From the NCBI RefSeq assembly GCF_001194135.2, contig NC_068991.1, forward strand, positions 80,631,277-80,675,144: a stretch of DNA of 43,868 bases, given 5' to 3'. Below, piece by piece: positions 1 to 11,849 of this stretch. How positions within the stretch are numbered: the stretch's first letter is position 1; the number at the start of each line of letters is the position of its first letter. Made by a program: the position numbers and the translations under genes. The notes below the pieces were generated by a model. It did no database searches and was not told the DNA's origin. It was given only the letters and a program-made list of their open reading frames with translations. The DNA comes from Octopus bimaculoides. Lineage: Eukaryota.

Positions 1-300
1 CATGCGCAATGCAACAGGTGGAGAAAAAGCAATAGCGTTCGCTCTCTTTTCTCTCTTGCAGCAGTGGCGACAACACGTATCTCTCAGCTCGATACCGACG
101 TGTGGTCGAAGCTTCCTTTGGTATTCTAGTGGCATGCCTATTCACCCAGGAACGAAACGGCTCTACACCAACCTAGAATAAACTATTGATCTGTTGTTAC
201 TGTTATCCCTCGTGTTGTTGTATTTCTGGATTTAATGATTAATATAAGAACTGGGGAGAGCCGGCCGAGCCGTCATATCTCATCCAATTCTTATAGGTTA
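1..300 (+). promoter_or_regulatory. Probable promoter / non-coding first exon region of the GRAMD4-like gene
   Basis: CpG-enriched, non-repetitive stretch in an otherwise CpG-poor window. It starts with CATGCGCA, part of an NRF1-type motif. No convincing start codon or donor site could be fixed. Confidence 0.35.
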
Positions 301-629
301 ATGAATACGTTTTTCGCCCCAATATTTATATATATTTCCTAGCACTAATTATTCTCACCACCAATATTTGAGTGAAATTGTATTAATATCCGTATGTGTG
401 TTTGAACAAATTCCTATCATTGTTCATTATTCACAAAACTGATATTGTTTGCCATAAAAAACTATCTTCACAGATAAATTGACTTCAACTAAATCAAGTT
501 TTTGATGTCTAAATAATAAATACATAACCCAGCTCTGCTGAACAATAAATTCAATAGACCCCAGGTCACATATTAATATGCAAATATTAAATTCTTTGTT
601 CAGCAGAGTTGGGTCAAGTACTTAATATC

Positions 630-1300
630 TGAAAATTAAATGGAGCAAACTATATATTGATTTTTTTTTTATGGCAAACACAATCAGTTGCTCTCAAAAT
701 GAACTGCCATAGAAATAGGGCAAAGTCTAGAATTGATGAGGATCTGTGTGTGCAGCAATGGAAAAGGTAAATGCAAGGTTGTTTGTTGAGAAATCTCTAT
801 AAGTTTGAGTGTCAGGACATGTGGGAAAAGTTGGTCTTTTTTTAGTGAAGGCTCTTCATCAGAAGAATCTCTAATAATGAGTGGATTGCTGGAGCTTATT
901 CCATCTAAAGATTGATCGATTTAGCTTGAAACTTAAAGTCATGGAAAAGTAGCAATATTTATTGATCACACAGTATTATTATCTCTTTAAAATGTCAAGT
1001 GAGTCATGCTAATCAGAAGAGACTGGTATGAAGAGGAGGAAGCAAAGAGATGTTCATGGATTGACTCATGATAAAGAATGATAAAGGTGAAAAAGGATTA
1101 AGAAAGAACATCAAATGAATAGAAATAACATGAACATTAATGAACACATGTAGTGAAACAGAGATATAGGTCACTGCTAGTTTGGTGGAAAGATGTTTGG
1201 CTGGGAAAAATGAGGTCTTAATTTTACCATGAAAGCAGCTGGAAAGCTTTTGTGAATGGCAATTGAGTAATGAGATTTTAATCCAAAGCATATGACAGTC
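630..1300 (+). mobile_element. Possible highly decayed Ty1/copia-like gag relic
   Basis: Broken frames give KLNGANY (633-653), MWEKL (819-833) and VLILP*KQLESF (about 1216-1250), in the order expected for copia gag (UBN2) motifs. Many stops and frameshifts. Confidence 0.3.
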
Positions 1301-2710
1301 CTCCATGCTGCAAAATTGCAAGGATTATTGGTCACCACATATTTAGAAAATATATTCTTTTTAAGATAAAAAGGTATCTGTTTGGGTTCTCCAATAAGGA
1401 TCAAAATGTGTAGAATGAAAGCAGTTTGTTTGCTTCTGTTTCACCATTCTAAAAAATGCTTTAAATAAGTTAGAGGTCCAACCAACATGAGCTTTAGATT
1501 TGTTAGTGTTGACTGTACATAGGTGTTCTGTATTCTGTACCAAACATGTAGACGATGCGGAGAGCTGTTGTTGGTATCAGTCCGAGTTCGGTGGTTGGAA
1601 TATTCTCGATTATTAATTTTTTTCTCCTGTTTTGTCTTCCATATCCAAATGTTTTTGAAAATTGACTTTTTGCATTTTGAAATGTTGTGATGTAAACATG
1701 GAATTCTTTTAACCTGATGAACAAACTTACTATCTGCATTAATTTTAAAATTTTATATATATATATCAATAGACATATAAATAATATATTATTTATTATA
1801 AGATTTAATAGAATAGATTATTTATACATGTATATGAAACTGCAAAACAATTGTTGTTTAATATGAACATCCATCGGTAAAATAAATTTTGTCATTGTAT
1901 ATTTCTCTCTTTATTAATATTTTTATACATGTTTTACTTTTGTATCATACTCTATTCTCTGTGTTTTGTAGAATGATACATTGAGGAGATTTTTTATCAG
2001 TGCCACCGGATTAATTGAATCCATATATTGTGACTTGGGTGTGTGGGGAGTGGGGTTGAGGGTGAATTCAACAATATGCCTTGGTACAGTACACTTTACC
2101 AGATATTTTGGGCTTAGAGTGTAGATAAGAATTCTACTCCTATATCCATGTCTACTTCATAACTGTACTATTCAAGCAGCGACAGACTTGATTGCTATAA
2201 ATATGAGACACCATAATATTTTAATAAATAACAAAAGCAGTTATATTTTGATTACATTGAATGCATTAGTTTCATGATGTTTTGCAGAAAATCCTTCTCG
2301 TCTGTTGCTACCACTTGTAACAACTGAAGATAATGGTTTTCTGCATAACATGTTGTTACATAACCACTTGATACATATGTACTAATGCCTTCATAATGTC
2401 AGTAGCTTGTGTGTGTGCAGAAGGAAAGAGACTGAGACAGACAGAGAGGCAGATATACATAAACATACACACACACATACATCTGTTCATTTACATTCAA
2501 ATATCATATTATTGACTTCCATCTTTTATCAAATCTGTCATTAAAAGAAAAAATATCCTTATAATTTTATTTTCTCCCCCAAATTTTTATTTTTGAATCA
2601 AAAAACTAAATATTTCTTTGCTTCATTTGCAGACTTTTAATTTATTGCTAAATTGGAATGAATTTCAATGTGGGAATGAGCAGCTGAGACAGACATCCTT
2701 GCAAGACGCA

Positions 2711-2980
2711 ATGAGTTTGAGGAATGCTATACGAGCTCGATTCCGAAACGCAGACAAATCTGAGAGGGGCGGTGGGCCCACAGCTGTGGGAGCAACTGGT
2801 TGTGGAGGCAGTGTTGGTGTCAGTGGCAGCATTGGGGAAGAGAAGGAAAAAGACAAGGAGAAAGACGAAGAAATTTCTTCAGCACCAAGTTCAATGATGA
2901 CTCCGTCAGTGAATTCATCCAATCGTAAAGTCTCTCGTCCAGGCAAAATGAACATCCCAAAAGATGAAGAAGACACAAAC
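2711..2980 (+). CDS. GRAMD4: GRAMD4-like, coding exon 1 (exon starts 2633; ATG at 2711)
   Basis: Acceptor tttgcag|2633 and donor 2980|gtatgg, phase 0. Encodes MSLRNAIRARFRNADKSERGG...KDEEDTN. The IRARFR motif resembles the remembered N-terminus of human GRAMD4 (KIRFRG). Confidence 0.8.
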
Positions 2981-3039
2981 GTATGGATTTTTTGCATTTT
3001 AGCTTTTTTTGTTTTCATTTATTTAAAATATCCTGAATA

Positions 3040-3545
3040 CTGTTTATATTAGTTGAACTGGTGTCCTCACCATGATTGCTGATTTCACTATATTTTGGTT
3101 TTTGCATACTCCAACCTTCATCAGGTGTTTTGTGTTGAATTCAGTTGTTGTCTCAGAATTTCAAACCTAACCTTTTATTTGATGAGGAGGGTACACTGTT
3201 CTCATTCTTTGCAGTCTTTGCACTTTGTGATTTTTTTTTGCTTGAATAGATTTTTTGTGGAGTGCCTTACTTGGGATTGAACTCAGAAACTCTAGGTGAC
3301 TGCATTTCATTAACCAACATCTTACACAATGCCCAGTACTTCACAACAAAATCAACTGAAGCAAAGAAAATGATAAAGAATCATGAAATGCAGGGAACAG
3401 AATGAGAACAGTGGACCCCTGTGGATCAAAATAAAGGGTTAGGTTTGTAAAACACCTGAAGAAAGCTGGAGAATACAACAGCTGAAACATTGTGAAAGTA
3501 ACAATCAAGATGAGGAGAACACCAGCCTGGCTCATATAAACAATA
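3040..3545. mobile_element. Inverted pair of Penelope-like 3'/pLTR fragments with hammerhead-like cores
   Basis: Arms at about 3040-3240 and 3365-3545 are reverse complements (aataaagggttaggtttg; aaacacctgaagaaagctggag vs aaacacctgatgaaggttggag; agaatgagaacagtg). Both carry a CTGANGA core. Confidence 0.6.
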
Positions 3546-3925
3546 GACACAAAATATGTGGAAGTGTAATTTAAAATATTTTAAATTATTTTGCTGTATT
3601 TCATGTTCTTTTTTTTTCTCCTTTCTAAGTATTTTGAAATTATCGCTAAATTAACTTGATGTGAAAAGATCCATTGAGACAGATTTATTTTAGCCTGATT
3701 GCCGTTCTTGTTTGCCAACCTTCACCTCTTCCCAAGCAAGATAATATTTCTTCATGGTCAGACATGTTTGCACAGAAAATTGGAAATGAATGACACTGCA
3801 TGTATAACGGGGCTTTCATTTACAGCTATCATTTCTTATCAAAATGAGGACAGACAGATCGACAGGGAGACAACACATGCATATAAACACACACACACGC
3901 ACACATAAATATATATATGTGTGTA

Positions 3926-3961
<36 letters not shown>

Positions 3962-3984
3962 CATACACACACTCATACACACAC

Positions 3985-4147
3985 ATGGCAGGCTTCTTTT
4001 GATCTCTGTATACCAAATCTAGTGACAAGGTTTAGTTCAACCTGGGACTATAGTAGAAGACAGCTGTCCAAGGTGCCGTGCAGTGAGATTGAAACTGAAA
4101 CCATGTGGCTGGGAAGCAATCTTCATCTTCCTAATCACACAGCCATG
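3985..4147 (-). mobile_element. tRNA-headed SINE family A, head fragment
   Basis: Reverse complement of the recurring head ggctgtgtggttaagaagtttgcttcccaaccacatggtttcag...ccttgggcaagtgtcttctactatagc. Confidence 0.75.
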
Positions 4148-4895
4148 TATTATGATTATGAATATAGATCTTCATTTAAAAACAAGAGACACCAAACATA
4201 CGTCAGGCATTGCACTAAAATATTCTATGATGAACATAATATCATTGTTATATGAACCATGTCACTTACCTGAAAAAAGAAAACAAAGGCTTATGCATAT
4301 CCCTTAAGCCTCAAATGCTTCTTATTGTTGTTGTTTTTCCCTTTGAAGCACATTTTTCCCCCATATTTTCATGGTATGCAGCCAATGTTTTAATTGATAC
4401 AGTTGGGTGAATCTTCCAAATTATATTAATGGTTTTCTATACATTTTATGTCACATCTGCAAAGCAGCTGACCACTGTCACTAAACGTGGTTTTTCTTTT
4501 GTGTGTGTGTGTGTGTGTGTGTTTGTTGGTGCTGTAACTGTAGTGTACAGTGTAAGCAAGGATTTATTTTTGCAATGTGTCATTCCTCCTTGACCACTCG
4601 ACATCACAAAACATTATGACTGACCAATGTTCCACTTAAAGAAAAGAAAAACAGAAAACAAACAAAAATAAACTCTATTCCACATAATTTACTTCTCAGT
4701 TCAAAGGAAAAATAAAATGAAATGTTTTGGTAACAGTTTTTAGTTCCAGTTTATTGGAAAACGATTCCTTATAGAATCATCATTAGACAGCTGTAATGGC
4801 TCAAAGTGGAAATTCTTACACTTTTTCTTCCTCCCCTCTTTCTCTCTCTCTCTCACTTTTCCTCCTTTCTTTATCTTACTCTTTTTCTCTCTCTT

Positions 4896-4978
<83 letters not shown>

Positions 4979-5917
4979 TACCAAAGGAAACTTTACAGAA
5001 TCATTTAGTAAATAGGTAAAGAGGTTTCTCTTACTAAACACACATCTTTCAAGAAACTTTAGCGTAGGTTTTTGTTTAATGTTTCATATTTTTTTCCTTT
5101 TCCTTCTTTTTTCTTTTCTTTTTCCTACCCAACGGGGTCGTCTGCATTCTGCTTTTTCATGTTTATTCATTTCTTTCACACTTTCTTAACACTTCTTTAA
5201 AGTGTTTTGTCTGCTTTATCTTAATCATTTGAAGCAATAAAGACAACTTTTTTATATTTCTTTTTACATTTAATTATTTTATTATGGGTATTTTTTTTTT
5301 ATTTAATGATTATGATAATGAGTTGTCATAGCAACTGCATCAACACCATCATAGCAACTGCATCAACAGCAGAAGCATTTTTATTACTATCTTTGATTTT
5401 CAAAATGAAAAAATGTCTCAAAACAATTGCCCTGGGTTCTATATGCAAATTTGGGCCTCCTGTGAACTAATTCTGTCCATGGCACTGTATTTCTCCTGAG
5501 TAAGCATTGCTGAAAGAGAGATGCATGAAATATAGCCATGTGTCTGTCATGCCATCAAATACAATTCTCACTAGCTTGATAACTATCAGGTTAGTTGTTC
5601 GTTATGGTTGGTTAATAAGCAAACGATAGCACATAGCACTGAGAGGACTCTTTAATCTTGTCTTGTCAATAACAAGACAACTGCTTTAGGACTGGTGCCA
5701 TGATGTATCCAGTGCACTTGGTAATGTGGTTGGTTTTAGGAAGGGCATCCAGCCATAAAAAGCCATGTTAAAAATAAAGGTACAAGCAAGAGATGGTTCC
5801 CAACCTGTCTCAGAGTAACTTGGAAACTCTGGGTAAAAACTGACTTGAACTGTGATGACCCAACCCATCCAACAGTGGCCATCATGTAAAATGGATTTCA
5901 AAAATGATGACATACAA

Positions 5918-6070
5918 GCATGGTTGCATAGTTAAGAAGTTTGTTTCCTTACCACATGGTTTCAGGTTCAGCCCCACTGTGTTATACCTTGGGCAAATGT
6001 CTTCTACTATAGCCCCAGCCCAATCACAGCCTTTTAAGAGAATTTAGCTGACAGAAACTGAAAGAATCCC
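5918..6070 (+). mobile_element. tRNA-headed SINE family A, head
   Basis: A-box- and B-box-like motifs (ggttcagcccc) and a CCTTGGGCAA CORE-like motif, followed by a microsatellite. Confidence 0.75.
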
Positions 6071-6224
6071 TGATGTGTTTATGTGTATTTATGTATGTGT
6101 GTGTGTATGTATATATATATATGTATGTCTCTGGTCATAGAGTGACCAATGGTTTTGCATGCATAAAGCTAAGCAATCTATGGACAACTATATATATGTG
6201 TGTGTGTGTGTGTGTGTTATCATC

Positions 6225-7130
6225 ATCCTCATCATCGTCATTGTTATTTAGCATCTATTTTTCATGCTGGCATGGGTTGGACGGTTTGACCAGAGCTGCA
6301 CCAGGCTCCCGCCTGATTCGGTTTCTATGACTGGATGCCCCCTTCCATATACCAACCACCACTTAACAGATTGTGCTGGGTGCTTTTATGTGGCACTGGC
6401 ACAAGTGCTTTTTACATGGTACTGGCACATGACTCTTGCAGACCCATCCTCTTCACCAGTGGGAGTGGCCTAATCACCTCTGTTAGGGGTCATGGGTCTT
6501 CTTGTGTACAGTAAGGCACCAGGTATCTCAGTCCTTTGTCATCTCATCTGAAAGGTTCAGCATCTTGAAGTTGTTCTTCCGTACTTCATCCCATGTCTTC
6601 GTGGGTCACCCACATCCATGTATTCTATCCACTTTGAGTGATTGGCTCTTCATTACGGAGCAGTTGGCATCACATGACCAAACCAGTGCAGTCTTCTCTC
6701 TTGCACACTCCACATCCTAATCCTTCTTATGCCTAACTCTTCTTTCTCAATACACAAGCACTCTGTCAAACATGTATAAATACATTACACATCCAACAGA
6801 GCATACTAACCTCATTCCTCTCTAACCTTTGCTTGTCCTCTCCATTCAAGACCCACGTCTCACAACCATATACAATTGTGGTCTGTATACATGTATCATA
6901 CAGTCAGTCATTCACTCAAAGAGAAACCGTTTGTGGTCAACAGAGGTAAAAGTTTTCTGAATTTCTTCCATCCTATTCTTATTCTAGTCATCACACTCTC
7001 TGTGCATCCTCCTCCACTATTAATTTGGTCCCCTAAGTAGCAGAAATGATCAATTACCTCTAATGAGCCCCCAGGGAATTTGAGAGAATCAATTTCTCGA
7101 GTCTCTAGTTTTTATGGATCCTGTGCATCT
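6225..7130 (-). mobile_element. 5'-truncated RTE-clade LINE (RT C-terminus, 3' UTR and (ATG)n tail)
   Basis: Minus-strand translation with stops and frameshifts: EVIDHFCYLGDQINSGGGCTESVMTRIRIGWKKF...YGCETW...RRLHWFGHV...KTWDEVRK. It runs into the common catgggttggacggtttga 3' end. Confidence 0.9.
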
Positions 7131-7689
7131 TCCATATATAGATATATATTTGTGTAAATACATAAATATATATATGCATGCTCCCATACACACACACACA
7201 CACACACACACACATGACAACTCCACACACAATTATATACTAGTACATGAAACACATCACTTGACAAAATGTACACACTAGGTTAATCATACACATACAC
7301 ACACACAGACCCACATAATTTTAAGCTCAGCCACACATACATTCTCATGCACCCACCTCCATTCACACATACACACTCACACACACACCATCCTCATATA
7401 CACACCTGTGTTTGCATACCTTTATTCGGCCAGGTCACTGCTATGAGCTCCCTTTCACTCAGCCTCTTTCTTCCTACCATTTCATCATGTTGAACCCTTA
7501 ATCCCTATACATTTTTCTCACTCTATTTTCTTTTCTTTTTGCATTCTCTCTTCATTTTATTTCCCCTCAATCCTTCCTGTCAAACAGTGTAAGCTCGAAA
7601 CATCAAGGACTTTTCTATTCATCTCAAGCGTTGTTCTCCCATCTGCCTTCGTCATTTGTTTTCCCACCTTACTAGCTCCCTTGCCAGTG

Positions 7690-7900
7690 CCACCTGACTG
7701 CCCCCCCCCCCCATGCCAGTGGCACGTAAAAAGCACCCACTACACTCTCGGAGCTGTTGGTATTAGGAAGGGCATCCAGCTGTAGAAACCTTGCCAGACA
7801 ACGTTGGAGCCTGGTGCAGCCTTCTGGTTTGCCAGTCCTCAGTCAAACCGTCCAACCCATGCCAGCATAGAAAGCAGATGTTAAACAATGATGATGATGA

Positions 7901-7971
<71 letters not shown>

Positions 7972-8045
7972 TTATGTATATATGCATGTATATCATCATC
8001 ATTTGACCTCCATTTTCCATGCTGGCATGGGTTGGACAGTTTGAC
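7690..8045. mobile_element. Two RTE-type 3' tail copies, tail to tail around a (TA)n tract
   Basis: 7690-7900 (+) ends in (ATG)n; (TA)n at about 7903-7967; 7992-8045 is the reverse-complement copy. Confidence 0.85.
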
Positions 8046-8632
8046 AGGAGCTGGCCAGTGGGGGAACTGCTCAGACACCATCTATTAAACATTTAATAAC
8101 ATTAATACTACCCTCTTAGTCAACCCTGATAATTGAGGGTTGCCTGGACATTCCCATATGTACTGTTTCTTCTCTTCAATCTAATATGAAATCTGCACCA
8201 GTAAGAAAACTACCACCAATACAATCACAGTTATGCCACCACCACTACCACAAACATCAGGATCATTCGTACCCCATCAGTGCTCCTCATCAAAATTACT
8301 CCAACCCCACCATCACCAAATCTCTTTTATTATTATTATCAAAAGTGCCATCATTATCTTCTCATTAACATCAACACCACCACCCTTACATTACCCTTCA
8401 CACCACCACTTCCACATCAGCATCACTGATCACCCTATTACCACATCATTAAAATCCCCATGATCATTGTTTTTTTTTGTTTATTGTTTTCAAATTGATT
8501 GATTAAAATGATTAATTATTAACAAGTTTGTATCAGTTTGGGAAATGGATAATTGAAAGCTGAAAAATACCAAAAAAAAAATGTGTATTGATTTCATTTG
8601 TGATTTATATTCTTTTTTATATTTTTATTCAG

Positions 8633-8819
8633 ACTTTTGAATTAATAACTGCTGACCGTGAAGGAGAAAACAGTAGTTTGTCAGGACAAGGAACACCTGA
8701 ATCACCTCGCTCAGAATGCATTCATCCACTTAATTCTGAAGAAAGGTTGAGTTTTGAGCATCAACTGACCCACCTTCAAGAACAGCTGGTGGCTATTATG
8801 ATAGAAAACCAAGCTCTGA
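8633..8819 (+). CDS. GRAMD4: GRAMD4-like, coding exon 2
   Basis: tttattcag|...|gtaagt, phase 0 to 1. TFELITADREGENSS...LTHLQEQLVAIMIENQAL, start of the coiled coil. Confidence 0.9.
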
Positions 8820-9954
8820 GTAAGTTTGTTTTACCAAAATACTCCTCTTCTATACTCTGAGTAAACATGTAGCTCCTCTACAACAAGAAACCTGTTCTGG
8901 CCCCTTTTTTCATACTTTAACATCTCATCGCCTCACATAAACCCCACTCAGTCCAGAGGGAATCTTAATGTTGGAAGCTGCATGACAACTTCACCAGTGT
9001 TGGTGCCATGAAAAAGAGCACTCAATGCACCCTGTAAAGTGACTGGTGTTAGGAAGGGTATGTAACCATAGAAACCATATTAAAGCAGACATTAGATCAT
9101 GATCTCTTGGATCCGGTCAAACCATCCAACCCATGCCAGCATGGAAAATAGATGATAAAACATGATGATGATGATGGTGGTAGTGGTGATTTCTTATTAC
9201 TATTTATTGACTGAGGACAACAGACTCTGCCAACTGCGGTCCTCCTGTGCTGATGCTTTCTATTACATCACCCACTACAACGGTGCAGTGTCTGCAGACA
9301 AAATGCTGTATTGCAGCCCACCCAGTTCACATTTTTATTTAGTTTTATTTATTTCTTTGTCATGGAATTTGCAGTTGTAATATTAGAAAGATGAATCCAA
9401 ATGATGTAAAGTAGTTAATCTAGTTAAATATTAATTAACCCTTTTTAATACCAACCCACTTGTGTCCATCTCAGCTTTCATGATATAAAATCATCTATTT
9501 TAAAGTGTTCCTGTATAAATCTAAAACTTCTGTTATAAATTTTTGAAAAAATCCATTCTTAATATATTTTACACAACCAATTAATTGTCTCTCATTAAAA
9601 TAATAATTGTTTATAATTATTGATTCTAAAATAAGCAGAAGGGCTGAAATTTGGGGTTTTAGGGGTTAGTCAATGAAATCAACCCCAGTATTTGACTGGT
9701 ACTTTATCAATCTCTACTTGATGATAGGCTAAGTCAACTTCAGTGAGATTAAACTCAGAAAGTGATGAACCAGAAGAAACGGCACTAACCATTTAGTCCC
9801 ACATGCAAATGGTTTTGCCATCTCACTGCCATAACAATGATAATAATGCTTGGCACTGGGCCAGCAGTTTTGTGGGAAGCAATAAGTCAATTACACTTTG
9901 GGCAATTGTGTTCTGCCATAGCCTCAAGTGGATTAATCTTGTGAATGAAAGTTG

Positions 9955-10520
9955 GTAGAGGAAAACTGTCTTTGATGGTTGACATTTTTATAGAGAACCC
10001 AATTCTCATCACCAGTCACTATTCAGTCCAAAAAAGGTTCATTCGTGAGACAAGACAGCAAAGAAGAGCACACATTCACTCTCTGTGTGTGATTAGACTC
10101 GGAGAGTTTGTGAGGAACTCATTGACCCAATTTACTAACTTTCCCAATGGCACACAGGTGTCGATGAATGACCAAATCCAAGTTTCTCTGCAAGTTCCTC
10201 AACAGTTACGATGGGATTTTATTTCATCAGCGTTTGCAGGGTGTCCTCATCGAGCTCTACAGATTTTCCAGGATAAGGCTCCTCTTCTAGCTGTAATTTC
10301 CAGCTCAGAATTTCTGGAACCACCACTGACACTGGCTTACACTTATTGTCCAATCCCCATATCCTGCATTCCTCACACTTTCTGTTGCGTTGTTGCCTTT
10401 ATTGAACTCATAAAGCAAAATATGCTCCTTTGTCACTTCCATTATAGTTTTGAAAAAATAACTGTTAAAATCGAACTTCCCTCTTCAAAACTTGCACTAA
10501 GAATAAGACGAAGGTAAAAT
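9955..10520 (-). pseudogene. Decayed mariner (DD34D) transposase, N-terminal half
   Basis: Minus strand gives MEVTKEHILLYEFNKGNNATESVRN...VTVEELAEKL...SKLGQ*VPHKL...FLD*IVTGDENWVLY, i.e. HTH region, WVPHEL-like motif and first catalytic D. The listed + ORF 9945-10517 is its antisense. Confidence 0.9.
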
Positions 10521-11046
10521 TACTACCTGCCTTTACAGCAGGTTGATGCAGGTAGTTTATCCCATCCCCCTCCGACTTCTCAGGAAATTGAAAAACCACA
10601 TTATTTATGGAATGAGCCAATATATATGTTATATATACACTCTTGCCCAGTGTTTGAACTAGGAACCTTTATGTTGAAACTAGTGAGGTGGGGCGAGGGA
10701 CAGTAATACAGCTATCACTTATCCGCTAAGTTACCAACATCTACTGCTTTCCATCTCTAACAGATGAGGTTAATAGCCTAATAAACCATAATTTTATTGC
10801 CATACTTATTTTGGCGAGAACTTAATATCACAGTGAACAGCGTTCGTCACACTCCACAGCGAAAATAGTTAAAGCTAAACATCTGAACATATGTTCATGG
10901 CTTGTATTCTTTTCAATGGTCTTAGACAAACAAAATAGAAATGCTAAGAAGATACTAACAAAATATCATTAGACTTGATTCTTCTATAAAAGATATTAAA
11001 CACAAGATATAAATAAATTAAACATTGTTCTTATTCTAGTCTACAG

Positions 11047-11097
<51 letters not shown>

Positions 11098-11472
11098 AGA
11101 AGTCTTAATGTAGTTGTAAGTATATGTATTGAAGGTGTGTAATTATGTGAGTGATTGAGTGAGTGTGTGTGAGTGTGATTATGTTCGCATGTGGGTGAGA
11201 TAATGTTTTAAAGGAAAGTCTAAGAAAAACAGAAACAAGGATGAGATTTTTGTCTTTGGAAAAGGTAGAACATGATTATGTGCTTAGCTGTCAGGTATGG
11301 CTTAGTCTGGGCTGGTCTGATCTGGTTTGGTAAATGGCGAGATTCAACAGTATTTGGCAAACTTTCTCTTCTGCTGAAGGAGGGGATAGTTACACTAGTT
11401 AACAGCTTTTCGAAAAGCTGAAGGAGTACAAAAATCTTGAAATGATTTTTATCAGAAAATCTGTATTAATAG

Positions 11473-11506
<34 letters not shown>

Positions 11507-11655
11507 AGCAAACATACATTTATATGGTAGAATATACACAAACATGTAAACTCTCATACATCACATTTGCAAAGATGTATGTATGTATGCATGTGTATAT
11601 ATATGTGTGTATGTGTACACATGTGTGTGTATTTATGAGTGTGGGGTTGTGTGTG

Positions 11656-11696
<41 letters not shown>

Positions 11697-11699
<3 letters not shown>

Positions 11700-11791
11700 A
11701 TCATCATCGTCGTTGTTTAACGTTCGCTTTCCATGCTGGCATGGGTTGGACAGTTTGACTGATGATTGGTGAACCAGAAGGCTGCACCAGG

Positions 11792-11792
<1 letters not shown>
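11697..11792 (-). mobile_element. Solo RTE-type 3' tail embedded in (TA)n
   Basis: catcatcgtcgttgtttaacgttcgctttccatgctggcatgggttggacag..., with (TA)n on both sides. Confidence 0.85.

Positions 11793-11849
<57 letters not shown>

Noticed and set aside
1572-1583. TGGTATCAG, resembling a tRNA-iMet primer-binding site
   Set aside because: Only 9 nt match, there is no LTR-ending CA before it, and it lies downstream of the putative gag on the same strand.
7576-7615. ctgtcaaacagtgtaagctcGAAACatc, a possible third hammerhead-like site
   Set aside because: The CUGANGA box and stem II are broken, so it is too degenerate to call.
2633-8640. Two exons both begin ag|actttt and lie exactly 6000 bp apart
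   Set aside because: There is no further similarity between them, so this is coincidence.
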